A stretch of 64,000 nt of DNA from an uncultured Bacteroidales bacterium. Its GTDB lineage: Bacteria; Bacteroidota; Bacteroidia; Bacteroidales; CAYTAU01. The stretch lies in assembly GCA_964435855.1 (NCBI GenBank), contig CAYTAU010000006.1, positions 2,622 through 66,621 of the forward strand, given 5' to 3'. Under the pieces are notes generated by a model that made no database searches, had not been told where the DNA came from, and saw only the letters and a list, made by a program, of their open reading frames with translations. The position numbers and the translations under genes are program-made. Below are positions 29,070 through 40,246 of this stretch, in pieces. Positions within the stretch are counted from its first letter, which is position 1. Every line of letters starts with the position of its first letter.

Positions 29070-31658
29070 ATGACGGAAGTAGAAGAAAAAATTATCAAAA
29101 TTAATATTGAGGATGAAATGAAATCGGCATACATAGATTATTCTATGTCGGTTATTGTGTCAAGAGCTTTGCCTGATGTTAGAGATGGCTTGAAACCTGT
29201 ACACAGACGTGTTTTATTTGGAATGCGTGATTTAGGGGTTTTTTCAAATAAACCATATAAGAAATCTGCAAGAATTGTAGGAGAGGTATTAGGAAAGTAT
29301 CATCCACACGGAGATTCTTCTGTATATGATGCAATGGTTAGAATGGCACAGGAATGGTCTTTACGATATCCTTTGGTAGATGGACAAGGTAACTTTGGTT
29401 CAGTTGATGGAGATCCTCCTGCTGCAATGCGTTATACAGAAGCGCGTTTGAAAAAAATTGCTGAAGATTCACTTGTTGATATTGAAAAAGAAACAGTTGA
29501 TTTTCAATTAAATTTTGATGATTCTTTGCAAGAGCCTACTGTATTGCCAACAAGAATACCCACCTTGCTTGTTAATGGAGCATCAGGTATAGCTGTTGGT
29601 ATGGCTACAAACATGCCTCCGCATAATATTACTGAAATTATAAATGCAACTATTGCATATATCAATAATCCGGAAATTGAAATAGATGAAATTACCAAAT
29701 ATGTAATTGCTCCCGATTTTCCTACAGGAGGCATTATTTATGGTTACCAGGGAGTAAAAGATGCTTTTACAACAGGCAGAGGCAGAATAGTTATCAGATC
29801 AAAAACCGATATTGAAATAACAGATACAGGAAAAGAGAAAATAGTAATAACAGAAATTCCTTATATGGTTAACAAAGCCGATATGATAAAGAAAATCGGT
29901 GACATGGTTAATGAAAAGAAAATTGAGGGCATTTCATACATAAATGATGAATCTGACAGAGACGGAATGAGGATAGTAATTATTCTTAAAAGAGATGCTC
30001 CTGCAAACGTTGTGTTAAATACATTATTTAAGCATTCGCAGTTACAGTCCTCATTTAGTGTGAACAACATTGCCCTAGTAAAAGGAAGGCCTCAAATGCT
30101 CAACATAAGAGATATGATTAAATATTTTGTTGAGTTCAGACATGAAGTTGTTGTTAGAAGAACAGAATACGAACTAAAACAAGCCGAAAAACGTGCTCAT
30201 ATATTAGAAGGTTTAATTATTGCAAGTGATAATATTGATGAAGTAATTAAAATTATCAGAGCATCTAAGAGCCCTGATATTGCAAGAGAATCTCTTATGG
30301 AACGATTTAACTTGTCTGATATACAGTCAAGAGCAATTGTTGATATGAGATTAAGGCAATTAACCGGACTTGAACAAGATAAACTTAGAGCAGAATACGA
30401 AGAACTATTAAAAACTATAGAGCATCTTAATAATATTCTTAGTAACAAAGATTTAAGAATGGAGATTATTACGAAAGAATTAATTGAAGTAAAAGAAAAA
30501 TACGGTGACGAAAGAAGAACTGAAATTGAACATGCCGCTGAAGAATTTAACCCTGAAGATTTTTATTCTGATGATGAAATGCTTATAACTATTTCCCATT
30601 TAGGGTATATTAAGCGTACTCCGTTAACCGAGTACAGACAACAACATAGGGGAGGAATTGGTTCTAAGGGAAGTACTGCCAGAGATGAGGATTTTCTCGA
30701 ACACATGTTTATTGCAACAATGCACAACTACATTTTACTTTTTACTGAAAAAGGAAAATGTTATTGGTTAAAAGTGTATAAAATACCTGAAGGCTCTAAA
30801 ACATCAAAAGGAAGAGCAATTCAAAATATTCTGAATATTGAACAGGGAGATGAAGTAAAAGCATATATCAATGTTAAAAATCTTAAAGATGAAGAATATA
30901 TAAATAACAATTTTATAGTGCTTTGTACAAAAAGAGGAATTATTAAAAAAACTAAGTTGGAAGCTTATTCAAGACCTCGTCAAAATGGTGTTAACGCTAT
31001 AACTGTGAGAGATGGAGATACATTATTAGAAGCAAAATTGACTAATGGCGAAAATGAAGTTCTTATAGCAATAAAGACAGGCAGGGCAATTCGTTTTCCT
31101 GAAGAGAAAGTTAGACCTATGGGCAGAACTGCCTCCGGTGTCAGGGGAATTAAATTGGATAACGATAAAGATGAAGTAATAGGAATGATATGTATTGAAA
31201 ATAAGGAAGATAATGTTCTTGTTGTTTCAGAAAAAGGATATGGGAAACGTTCTGCACTTGAAAATTATAGAATTACAAACAGAGGAGGAAAAGGAGTAAA
31301 AACAATTAATGTTACAGAAAAAACGGGCAGCCTTATAGCTATTAAGAATGTAACAGATGATGATGATCTTATGATAATTAATAAGTCAGGTATCACTATT
31401 CGTATGGCTGTTGTCTCAATGAGAGTTATGGGAAGAGCTACGCAAGGAGTTAAATTGATAAACCTTAGAAATGGAGATTCAATAGCTGCTGTTACAAAGG
31501 TACAGGCAGGCGATGATGAAGATATTGTTGTTGAAGAAGGAACAGAAAATAATGCCGGAGAAATTATTTCTGACGAAAATGTTGTAGATATCAATAACTC
31601 GAATGAAAATACAGAGGAAGACAACAAATCTGAAGGAAACACTGAAAGTTCTGAATAA
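29070..31658 (+). CDS. gyrA: DNA gyrase subunit A
   Basis: [27 protein letters not shown], active-site region [10 protein letters not shown], a GyrA-box/beta-pinwheel CTD and an acidic C-terminal tail. Confidence 0.95.
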   Translation: MTEVEEKIIKINIEDEMKSAYIDYSMSVIVSRALPDVRDGLKPVHRRVLFGMRDLGVFSNKPYKKSARIVGEVLGKYHPHGDSSVYDAMVRMAQEWSLRYPLVDGQGNFGSVDGDPPAAMRYTEARLKKIAEDSLVDIEKETVDFQLNFDDSLQEPTVLPTRIPTLLVNGASGIAVGMATNMPPHNITEIINATIAYINNPEIEIDEITKYVIAPDFPTGGIIYGYQGVKDAFTTGRGRIVIRSKTDIEITDTGKEKIVITEIPYMVNKADMIKKIGDMVNEKKIEGISYINDESDRDGMRIVIILKRDAPANVVLNTLFKHSQLQSSFSVNNIALVKGRPQMLNIRDMIKYFVEFRHEVVVRRTEYELKQAEKRAHILEGLIIASDNIDEVIKIIRASKSPDIARESLMERFNLSDIQSRAIVDMRLRQLTGLEQDKLRAEYEELLKTIEHLNNILSNKDLRMEIITKELIEVKEKYGDERRTEIEHAAEEFNPEDFYSDDEMLITISHLGYIKRTPLTEYRQQHRGGIGSKGSTARDEDFLEHMFIATMHNYILLFTEKGKCYWLKVYKIPEGSKTSKGRAIQNILNIEQGDEVKAYINVKNLKDEEYINNNFIVLCTKRGIIKKTKLEAYSRPRQNGVNAITVRDGDTLLEAKLTNGENEVLIAIKTGRAIRFPEEKVRPMGRTASGVRGIKLDNDKDEVIGMICIENKEDNVLVVSEKGYGKRSALENYRITNRGGKGVKTINVTEKTGSLIAIKNVTDDDDLMIINKSGITIRMAVVSMRVMGRATQGVKLINLRNGDSIAAVTKVQAGDDEDIVVEEGTENNAGEIISDENVVDINNSNENTEEDNKSEGNTESSE

Positions 31659-31776
31659 TTTATGAATTATTTATATTTTTGACATCTATTTAATAAATAA
31701 TGGCAAATTATTTGATAGTAATACTGATAACTTCAGTAATAAAAGTAGTTTAGTAGAAATTTAAAATTATTTAATT

Positions 31777-33042
31777 ATGAAAAATTTAATTGTTATTAGT
31801 TTATTAATGCTCTTTACATATTTTGGAGCCTATGCTCAACCTTCATGTAGAGCTACTGCACAGAATTATTTAAAATATGGTGAATTAGATAATGCGAAAA
31901 AAACTATTGATAGATGCATTTTACACACCAAAACTATAAAAGACGCAAGAACATGGTGGTACAGAGGTCAAATCTATCAAGCAATAAATGCATCTGACAA
32001 TGAAAAATACAAAAATTTAGACCTTGATGCTGCTGATGTTGCTTTTTTAGCTTATAAAAAAGCTTTACTTTATAATGTTAAATTAGAAGGTTATTCAGAA
32101 CTTGATATTGAAAATAATTATGAAGACCAAATAAAGTTTATGAAATTATTTGCTGATATTAATATTGAGAAAAACTTAGTGGAAACAGAAATTTTAACAG
32201 ATATTTTAACTATCAGGTATCCTGCATTGGCAAATATTATGGTAAATAGGGGTGTTGTGCAATTTCAAAATAAAGATTTTAGTAAAGCATCCAAATCTTT
32301 TGAAGGTTCTTTATTTGTTTCAGGCATGATAGGTAAAGTTGATACTGCAATTATATATTACTCTGCTTTATCAGCAGAAAAAGCTAAAAATTACAAATTA
32401 GCTAAAGAACATTTCAGACAATTAATAAAATTAGAATACGGAGCAGATGATAAAGAAAAAGCTACAATGTATTATTTTATTGCAAATATTTTCTTATCAG
32501 AAAAAGATACCGTAAGATATATTAGAAATCTTGAAAAAGGTATTGAAAAATATCCAAATGAATCATTATTACTGGTTCAGTTAATAAACTTTAAAATTGA
32601 AGCAGGAAAAGCAGAAGAAGCTGAAGATATGATAATTAAAGCAATAGGAAGTGATCCTAACAATGCTTTATTACATTTCAATCTGGGTACTATTTATGAA
32701 GGAAAAAATGATATTGAAAATGCTATAAAATGCTATACTAAGGCAATAGAGAGTGACCCTAATCATTTATCGGCAAACTATAACCTTGGTGCTTTACATA
32801 ATAATGTTGCTGCAGAAATCCATGAAGTTGCACAAGAAGAAAAAGATAATAAAAAGTATGATGCATTAATTCTTAAATATGAAGAAACATTAAAAAAAGC
32901 TAAACCATACCTCGAAAAAGCTCATGAATTAGATCCTAATGATCTTGCCACTATGCAATCATTAAAAATTATATATTATAAGACCGGTGAAATGGAAAAA
33001 TATGAAGCTCTTGATAAGCTATTAAAAGAAAAAACGCAATGA
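31777..33042 (+). CDS. secreted TPR-repeat protein (paralogue 1 of 5)
   Basis: Signal peptide, the W.YRGQIYQAI motif and TPR-like helices (..NLGTIYEGKND..AIKCYTKAIE.DPN..). Confidence 0.7.
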   Translation: MKNLIVISLLMLFTYFGAYAQPSCRATAQNYLKYGELDNAKKTIDRCILHTKTIKDARTWWYRGQIYQAINASDNEKYKNLDLDAADVAFLAYKKALLYNVKLEGYSELDIENNYEDQIKFMKLFADINIEKNLVETEILTDILTIRYPALANIMVNRGVVQFQNKDFSKASKSFEGSLFVSGMIGKVDTAIIYYSALSAEKAKNYKLAKEHFRQLIKLEYGADDKEKATMYYFIANIFLSEKDTVRYIRNLEKGIEKYPNESLLLVQLINFKIEAGKAEEAEDMIIKAIGSDPNNALLHFNLGTIYEGKNDIENAIKCYTKAIESDPNHLSANYNLGALHNNVAAEIHEVAQEEKDNKKYDALILKYEETLKKAKPYLEKAHELDPNDLATMQSLKIIYYKTGEMEKYEALDKLLKEKTQ

Positions 33043-33069
33043 TATTATATAATAATGTAATTTATAAAA

Positions 33070-33100
33070 GGAGAAATTAAATTTTGATTTCTCCTTTTTT
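33070..33100 (+). terminator. intrinsic terminator after TPR paralogue 1
   Basis: ggagaaat-taaattttg-atttctcc (8-bp stem) followed by tttttt. Confidence 0.65.
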
Positions 33101-33145
33101 GTATGTTTTTTGTCTATAATTAAATTTTATAAAATAAAACACATT

Positions 33146-34264
33146 ATGAAAAAAATAAAAATATTTCTTATTTTCAGTATGTTATCCTCAATACTTTTTT
33201 CACAGGATTTAAATTCAGTGCTTGAAAATATTAAGAATGGGGAATTAAAAGAGGCTCAAATATCAATTGAAAAAATTGTTGCCGAAAAACCGGGAATTGA
33301 ATCTGCAAAAGCATGGTTATTTAAAGGCGCTGTATACCAATCAATATTTGAAAGCGAAGTAACAATACCAAATATTAATGATGACCCTTTAAACATAGCT
33401 TATAAAAGCTATATGCACTCAATTGAATTAGATAGCAGTAAGGAATATATGCAAGCAGCATTGAATAGCCTTGGTATTTTGGCAAATCTTTTTGTTAGAA
33501 AAGGAATTGATGAATTTAATACAGGAGAATATTCAAAATCATTACAAAGTTTTGAAAACACTATTTCAATAAACAACATGCCTGCAATAATGTATTTAGA
33601 TACAATGATAATTTACAATGCTGCAATTGCTGCCGAAAAAGCAAACGAAATAGACAAATCTAAACAGTATTATAAAGAATTAATTATTCTGGGTTTTGAA
33701 AAACCAAGAATGTATAATGAGCTCGCATTATTATTAAAAAAAGAAGGTGATATTGAGAACTATATAAAAATATTAAAAGAAGGTGTTGATATTTGTTCTA
33801 AAGATAATAATGCTTTAATAATTGAATTAGTTAATTATTATTTGTCGGTAAACGACAATGAAAATACTGTAAAGTATCTTGAAAGTGCGATGCTGCAAGA
33901 ACCCGACAATGCTAATAATTACTATGTTAGAGGCAGCTTGTTTAATCAGATTAAAGAAGCAGATAAAGCTGAAAAGTTTTATAATAAGGCTTTAAAATAT
34001 AATCCTAATCATACTGATGCACTATACAATCTTGGTGCTATGTATTATAATCAAGGAATTGATATAAGAAATGATGCCAAAACTAAAACGGAAAGAGCTG
34101 TTGCAGATGAAAAATTCGAAAAAGCTTTGCCATACTTTGAAAAAGTTCACAAATTACAGCAAACTGATATTCCAACAATGAAACTATTAATTAGTTTATA
34201 CAAGATTACCAAGCAAGAAGATAAACAAAAAGAAATAGAATTGAAACTTGAAAAACAAGAGTAA
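33146..34264 (+). CDS. secreted TPR-repeat protein (paralogue 2 of 5)
   Basis: Signal peptide MKKIKIFLIFSMLSSILFSQ, the AWLFKGAVYQSI motif and TPR helices. It has the same architecture as paralogue 1. Confidence 0.7.
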   Translation: MKKIKIFLIFSMLSSILFSQDLNSVLENIKNGELKEAQISIEKIVAEKPGIESAKAWLFKGAVYQSIFESEVTIPNINDDPLNIAYKSYMHSIELDSSKEYMQAALNSLGILANLFVRKGIDEFNTGEYSKSLQSFENTISINNMPAIMYLDTMIIYNAAIAAEKANEIDKSKQYYKELIILGFEKPRMYNELALLLKKEGDIENYIKILKEGVDICSKDNNALIIELVNYYLSVNDNENTVKYLESAMLQEPDNANNYYVRGSLFNQIKEADKAEKFYNKALKYNPNHTDALYNLGAMYYNQGIDIRNDAKTKTERAVADEKFEKALPYFEKVHKLQQTDIPTMKLLISLYKITKQEDKQKEIELKLEKQE

Positions 34265-34484
34265 GCTTGTAATACAAAGTTGTATTCATAGAGGAAATAT
34301 CCGAAAATGAATGCTTATTTGGAATTATGCCGATGCTGTTTATTATAATTTCAAAAACAACTTGCTCTGTACCTTCCTCTGAAGTTGCATTGAAATTATA
34401 TCAATGAACGCAACTCGGTATAATAATTTTTATTTTAAGTATTTATATCTATTTTTGTTTTCATAATTAAACACTTCAATTATT

Positions 34485-35759
34485 ATGAAAAAATTATTAA
34501 TTCTGATTTTAATCACAATTGTTCATTTTTCTTCCAATGCTCAAAATGAAAAAAGAAGTAAAGCTTATGAACTTTTTAAAGCAGGTGACCTTGAAAATGC
34601 AAAACGATTAATTGATGAAACCTGTTATCAATCAGAGACTAAGAATCATCCTAAGACATGGTATTTCAAAGCTATAATTTATAAAGAAATTGCAAAAAAT
34701 GATAAAGAAAACAAACTTACATATTATCCTTCTGAAGTTGCCTATAAAGCAATTATACAAAGTCAAAAATTAGATGAAAAAGACTTGTTCGTTAATGAAA
34801 ATCTTAATGAATTATTGAATTTAAGTACAATGTTTCTTAACAAAGGCTCTGTTTACTATAATGATGCAATAAAAAATGACAATGTTGCCAGTCATAAAAA
34901 AGCATTAAGAGAATTCGATAATTTTTTTATTACACTTACCAGCCTGGGACCTGATAGTGTACAGGTAATTGATTTTTTGAAAATAAACAATATGCCATAT
35001 ACTGATATTCTTGTATATGCAGGCTATGCGGCATATAAATCAAGTAATATTGAAAAATCTAAAAAATACTATGCACAATTAACTTCAATGGATAAAAACG
35101 AGTTAAGCCATGATTTAGAAGGAATTTCGTATGCATTTATTCTCTATTCAAATATTTTATCTGGAGAAGGTAAACATGAAAAAGCTATAGATTTAATTGA
35201 TAAGGCTTTAAATATATGGCCACAACATAAAAAACTTGCTATTTCGGAATTGAAAATATATCAAAATGCAAATAAAGTAGATATTTTAACTGAAAAATAT
35301 GAAAAAGCTATAGTAAATGATCCTGAAAATATTAAATTAATGATAGCTCTTGCTGAAAAATTTGATCGTTTGTATCAGGGCTACACAGAGACAAATGACG
35401 TAGTTAATGCCAATAAATATAGAGAAGAGGCTATAGAAACATACAAGAGAGCAATAAAGCTAAACCCTGCAGATAAGAATGTTTTATACAATTTACATTA
35501 TAATCTTGGTATTTTATATTACAACCCTGCAGTTGACCTTTATAAGCAATATATAAAAATTAAGGACGAAAGTGGGAGAGAGGCTATGGAAAAAAGATAT
35601 ACCCCGCTTTTTAAAGAAGCTGTTTCGGCATTTGAAGATGCTAATAAAGTTATTGATAACAATAAGGAACTGATAGATATGATGACAAGAATTTATTTAA
35701 TTCTTGGAGATATGGATAAAGCTTCTGAAATGAAAGAAAAATACAAAAGCCTTGAATAA
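34485..35759 (+). CDS. secreted TPR-repeat protein (paralogue 3 of 5)
   Basis: Signal peptide, the TWYFKAIIYKEI motif and C-terminal ..YKRAIKLNP.D..YNL.YNLGILYYN. Confidence 0.7.
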   Translation: MKKLLILILITIVHFSSNAQNEKRSKAYELFKAGDLENAKRLIDETCYQSETKNHPKTWYFKAIIYKEIAKNDKENKLTYYPSEVAYKAIIQSQKLDEKDLFVNENLNELLNLSTMFLNKGSVYYNDAIKNDNVASHKKALREFDNFFITLTSLGPDSVQVIDFLKINNMPYTDILVYAGYAAYKSSNIEKSKKYYAQLTSMDKNELSHDLEGISYAFILYSNILSGEGKHEKAIDLIDKALNIWPQHKKLAISELKIYQNANKVDILTEKYEKAIVNDPENIKLMIALAEKFDRLYQGYTETNDVVNANKYREEAIETYKRAIKLNPADKNVLYNLHYNLGILYYNPAVDLYKQYIKIKDESGREAMEKRYTPLFKEAVSAFEDANKVIDNNKELIDMMTRIYLILGDMDKASEMKEKYKSLE

Positions 35760-35768
35760 TATAATGTT

Positions 35769-37016
35769 ATGAAAAAGTTTATTATTTTTAATATACTGAT
35801 ATTTTTTGTTTTACAATTAAGTTTTTCACAATCAAAAAGTAATATAGCTGATAATTATATTAGTCAGATAGCCGGCAAATTAGATAAAGCAAAAGAAGCT
35901 ATTGACAAAGATTGTATAGATATTAAAAAAAAAGCTGAAGCTGAAACATGGTATTTAAAAGGATATATATATACCGAAATTGCTAAAACCGAAGTATATA
36001 AATCTCTGTGTAATAATCCATCATTCGATGCTTTAGATGCAATTAAGAAATGTAAACAATTAGATTCTGAAAACATATTATATTCAGAATGCCTTAATGT
36101 TCTATTTGATATAAGTACAATATTTTATGATAAAGGAATCAAGCTGTATAATTCAGGAATTAATAACAAAAACATTGAGCATTTTAAAGAAGCTTTAGCT
36201 GAATTTCAAATGTTTTTTGAAACATTAGAAACACTGGGTAATGATGAGAAAATAATTAAACATTTACTTGAATTCAACGATATAAATTCCAATTCTGTAA
36301 TAATTTATGCAGGATATTCAGCCCAATCTATTGGTGATTATAATAAAGCAAAAGAATATTATCTAAAACTTATTGATTTAAAATCGGATATTAGTACAGC
36401 AAGAAAAAAAGGACTGGCTCTTGCATATATTTATTACTCTGATATTCTGATAGCAGAAGGCAAGAGTTCGGAGGCAATTATCATTGTTGAAAGAGGAACT
36501 GAATTGTTCCTTGATAATACAGACCTAATTATTTCGTGCATTAATTTATTATTTCAGGAAAACAGGACAGATGAACTGTCAGATATCCTTGAACTTGCTA
36601 TCAAAAACAAGCCTAGAGACATAAAATTGCTTACAGTACTTGCAGGGACTTATAATAAAATATCAAAACAATATATTAAACGCGGATATCATGAAACTGC
36701 TGATAAATACAGAGCTAAATCAATAGAAACATATAATAAAGCTATTGCACTGAATCCAAGCGATAATGATTTGTTATTTAAAATAAATTATAATTGTGGT
36801 CTTTTATATTACAATAGAGGAGTACGTTTATATATTAAACACGATGAGAGCAATACTGAAGAATGGACTAAATTATTTAACTCATCACTACCATATTTAA
36901 CTAAGGCTCATAAATATCAAACATCAAATAAAAAACTTATTAACATATTAATGAAAATATATCAGTGTCTAAATGAGACTGATAAGGCAAAAGAAATGGA
37001 AGAGAAATTGTATTAA
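35769..37016 (+). CDS. secreted TPR-repeat protein (paralogue 4 of 5)
   Basis: Signal peptide and the TWYLKGYIYTEI motif. It is closest to paralogue 3 and starts 9 nt after it. Confidence 0.7.
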   Translation: MKKFIIFNILIFFVLQLSFSQSKSNIADNYISQIAGKLDKAKEAIDKDCIDIKKKAEAETWYLKGYIYTEIAKTEVYKSLCNNPSFDALDAIKKCKQLDSENILYSECLNVLFDISTIFYDKGIKLYNSGINNKNIEHFKEALAEFQMFFETLETLGNDEKIIKHLLEFNDINSNSVIIYAGYSAQSIGDYNKAKEYYLKLIDLKSDISTARKKGLALAYIYYSDILIAEGKSSEAIIIVERGTELFLDNTDLIISCINLLFQENRTDELSDILELAIKNKPRDIKLLTVLAGTYNKISKQYIKRGYHETADKYRAKSIETYNKAIALNPSDNDLLFKINYNCGLLYYNRGVRLYIKHDESNTEEWTKLFNSSLPYLTKAHKYQTSNKKLINILMKIYQCLNETDKAKEMEEKLY

Positions 37017-37091
37017 TTAAAAAAAACTTGTTTAATTTACATCATAAATTTAATTAAATATGTAATATTATAGCATAAATTAGCGGAAGGA

Positions 37092-38246
37092 ATGTTTATA
37101 TGTTTTAAAAATTTTATAGTTATTGTTTTAATTATTATTCCTGTTGTTTTGTTATCTCAGATAAACAAAATAGAAAACAGTTTTAATTTATATGAAAAAG
37201 GGAATTTTGAACAGGCAGTTAAGGAAATTAATTTTGCTGCAAACAACTCATATTCAAAAGATCTTGCAATAACATGGTACTACAGAGGACAAATATATCA
37301 GGCATTATATCAGGAAAATGAGAATAAGGTATATGGTTTAGATTCTGCCTATGTATCACTTGTAAAAGCTTTAAAGTTTGACAAAGACAAAAAATATTTA
37401 AAAAATATAATAATTCAGTTTAAGTTATTATCATCTAATTATTATAGGAGAGGAGCAATTGATTTTAACAATGAAAAGTATTTTTTGGCATACAAATCAT
37501 TTGAAAAAGCTCTGGATATAAATAAAACACCATTGGTTGCCAAGGCAGATACAATGCTGATTTTTTATTCAGCTAAGGCTGCACAATTTTCTAATAAACT
37601 TTCTAAAGCAAAAAAACATTACAATAAACTGGTCTATTTAAAATATTCAAATTCTGATGTTTATATTAATCTTGGTGATATATATAAAAACGAGAATAAT
37701 AGCACTAAAGCTGCAGAAATATATTCAAAAGGATTTTCATACGGAAATCAGAAAAATATGGAATTAATTAACAGATTAATAAATATTTATTTAACTCATG
37801 GAAAAACAAGTGAAGCTCTTAAATATATAACTGCAGGTAAAATTGTGGAACCGGATAATGCAGGCCTTTATTTTTATGAAGCGGATTTATACAACACACA
37901 AAAGCAAGAGAATAAAGCCAGAAATTCTTATATCAATGGATTAAAATATGAGTCCAATAATTATAATGCAAATCATAACTTGGGATTAATCCTGTATAAT
38001 AGCGCCATAAAACACAAAATAGAAGCTGATAAATATAAAAACTCCGATTTAAATAAATATAAAACAGAAATTAATAAATACAATAAAGAAATAATGCAAG
38101 CATTAAAATATTTGGAAATTGCATATAAAATGAACCAAAAAGACAGAAAATTAAATTATTGTTTAATTGAGGTGTATAAACTATTAAATAGGGATGATGA
38201 TTACAAGAGAATTATAGTATTAATGAAAGCTAATGGGATAGATTAA
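37092..38246 (+). CDS. secreted/membrane-anchored TPR-repeat protein (paralogue 5 of 5)
   Basis: Hydrophobic N-terminus and the TWYYRGQIYQAL motif. Its architecture matches paralogues 1 and 2. Confidence 0.65.
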   Translation: MFICFKNFIVIVLIIIPVVLLSQINKIENSFNLYEKGNFEQAVKEINFAANNSYSKDLAITWYYRGQIYQALYQENENKVYGLDSAYVSLVKALKFDKDKKYLKNIIIQFKLLSSNYYRRGAIDFNNEKYFLAYKSFEKALDINKTPLVAKADTMLIFYSAKAAQFSNKLSKAKKHYNKLVYLKYSNSDVYINLGDIYKNENNSTKAAEIYSKGFSYGNQKNMELINRLINIYLTHGKTSEALKYITAGKIVEPDNAGLYFYEADLYNTQKQENKARNSYINGLKYESNNYNANHNLGLILYNSAIKHKIEADKYKNSDLNKYKTEINKYNKEIMQALKYLEIAYKMNQKDRKLNYCLIEVYKLLNRDDDYKRIIVLMKANGID

Positions 38247-38308
38247 TATTTTTTAAAAACCTATTTAACATAATATAAATTATAGGGCATTAGTATTGGG
38301 AAAAGAAA

Positions 38309-38782
38309 TTATGGATTATCTTCCCTAAGTGCCTTTCTAGAAGCCTTATCAACAAGTGTAAATAACTTATCGATATCACCTTTTTGATTAGATTTTAAAT
38401 GTCCTCGTACTTTATAAAATTCACAATCCAACTTATCTGTTAATTTGTAAAACTCCTGATATAATTTATAATTATTGAGAAGCCTGTTTTTTTTTGAACG
38501 ATAATTATTTTTCTCAAGTTTATCTCTCCTGCCTTTTAGCCTCACAATATTTTGAGAATCTGTGTATACTATTATTTTGCTATCCAAGACTTGAATTTCA
38601 TTTAAGGCCCATAATAATGTTTGTAGTTCTAATTTTGTTGAAGACGTATTTTCAAAACGCTTTACCTTAACAATAGACGAATTCGTTACAAACTCCTGTT
38701 CTGTAATAGATAAATAAGCTCCAAATCCGATTTTGGTTTGTGTATTAACACTTCCATCTGTAAATAACATTACTTTTTTCAT
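38309..38782 (-). CDS. ribonuclease H-like protein (RNase HI/RVT_3-type)
   Basis: DEDD-type pattern: FTDGS, E in ELQTLLWAL, YTDSQ and GH....D. 157 aa. Confidence 0.65.
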   Translation of the reverse strand: MKKVMLFTDGSVNTQTKIGFGAYLSITEQEFVTNSSIVKVKRFENTSSTKLELQTLLWALNEIQVLDSKIIVYTDSQNIVRLKGRRDKLEKNNYRSKKNRLLNNYKLYQEFYKLTDKLDCEFYKVRGHLKSNQKGDIDKLFTLVDKASRKALREDNP

Positions 38783-38968
38783 TTATTTGGATTTTAATTT
38801 CACAAATTTAGAAAAAATCTATCTCTTATACTATGCCATGCTTAACATCCAGTCGGTAAAGCAGTTTGCTTTATTTTCAGGAAAGAACCTGATTTTTTGA
38901 CGTTTACCGCTAATCTTGATGTAATAACTAAAATACTAAAGAATAGTCATTATCTTTATCGCCATATA

Positions 38969-40219
38969 ATGCAAAAATTCGACACAATAGTTATAGGCGG
39001 TGGTGCAGCAGGTTTGATGGCTGCCGGGAAAAGTGCTGAACTTGGAAACAAAGTACTCCTACTGGAAAAAATGAATTATACTGGCAGGAAACTTGGAATT
39101 ACCGGCAAAGGCAGATGTAATATTACAAACACTGCTTCTTTAGAAGATTTTATAAGCAAAGTAGAGCCTGATGGCAAATTTTTACAAGCTGCTTTTTCTG
39201 AGTTTTTCTCAACAGAACTTATTAGTTTCTTTAACAGAATTGGTGTTGACACAGTAATTGAACGTGGCAAAAGAGTTTTTCCAAAAAACGGAAGCGCTGT
39301 TGAACTTGCCAAAAGCCTTAAAAAATGGTGTGTTAAGAATAATGTCCAGGTAAAGAATAAGTTTAAAGTTGAAGAGCTAATTGTGCAGAAAAACAAAGTA
39401 ATAGGCCTTAAAGGTTTTGGGTATAATAAAGAAAAAAATCAACCCCTCTCCTATTATTCCGATAAAATAATTATTGCTACCGGTGGTAAATCATACCCTG
39501 CAACAGGTTCTACAGGCGATGGATACAAATTAGCTGAATCTGTTGGGCATAAGATATCTCCCACTTTTCCTGCTTTGGTTCCTCTTGAAACTCTTGAGGA
39601 TATCGCAAAAAATTTAAATGGTCTTGATTTGCGAAATGTAAGAGCTAGTATTATTGTTGATGGCAACAAAATTGCAGAAAGCTTTGGTGAAATGAGTTTT
39701 ACTGGTTTTGGTATAACAGGACCTATTATACTTGGTTTAAGCAGAAAAGTTGTTTTTGCATTACAACAAAATAAAAAAGTATTTATTAGCATTAACCTTA
39801 AACCTGCCCTTAGCGATACTAAGTTAGACAACAGACTTATAAGAGAATTTGATAAGCAAAGACTTAATAATTTCAGAACAGTATTAAATAAGCTATTACC
39901 AAAAAAATTAATTCCTGTGTGCATTAAAGAAACAAGAATATCTAATAAAATGGCATATAAAATAAGCCCTGAGGAAAGAATGATACTTAGAAACTGGCTT
40001 AAAAACTTCAATTTTCAAATAACTGGACACAGACCATATTCCGAAGCAATTATAACTGCCGGAGGTATTGATACAAATGAAGTAAATTCTGAAACAATGG
40101 AATCGAAATTAGTTAAAGGCTTGTATTTTGCAGGTGAAGTATTAAACCTTGATGCTCCTACCGGTGGCTATAATCTGCAAATTGCTTTTTCTACAGGGTG
40201 GATTGCCGGAAACAAATGA
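38969..40219 (+). CDS. NAD(P)/FAD-dependent oxidoreductase, HI0933/YhiN/BaiN family
   Basis: Dinucleotide-binding motif DTIVIGGGAAGLMAAG, GRKLGITGKGRCNITN and C-terminal GGYNLQIAFSTGWIAG. Start taken at MQKFDT. Confidence 0.8.
   Translation: MQKFDTIVIGGGAAGLMAAGKSAELGNKVLLLEKMNYTGRKLGITGKGRCNITNTASLEDFISKVEPDGKFLQAAFSEFFSTELISFFNRIGVDTVIERGKRVFPKNGSAVELAKSLKKWCVKNNVQVKNKFKVEELIVQKNKVIGLKGFGYNKEKNQPLSYYSDKIIIATGGKSYPATGSTGDGYKLAESVGHKISPTFPALVPLETLEDIAKNLNGLDLRNVRASIIVDGNKIAESFGEMSFTGFGITGPIILGLSRKVVFALQQNKKVFISINLKPALSDTKLDNRLIREFDKQRLNNFRTVLNKLLPKKLIPVCIKETRISNKMAYKISPEERMILRNWLKNFNFQITGHRPYSEAIITAGGIDTNEVNSETMESKLVKGLYFAGEVLNLDAPTGGYNLQIAFSTGWIAGNK
40176..40217 (+). repeat. direct repeat copy A (functional 3' end of the oxidoreductase gene)
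   Basis: tgcaaattgctttttctacagggtggattgccggaaacaaat. A second copy is at 40987-41028 with 39 of 42 positions identical. Confidence 0.85.
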
Positions 40220-40246
40220 CTCGTTATAAAAAATCAAAATGAATGT

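Noticed and set aside
38309-38782. Stand-alone RNase H-like gene as a marker of a retroelement, retron or DGR
   Set aside because: No reverse transcriptase, template or variable repeats, or msr/msd-like structure is nearby. It is most simply a cellular RNase H-family protein.
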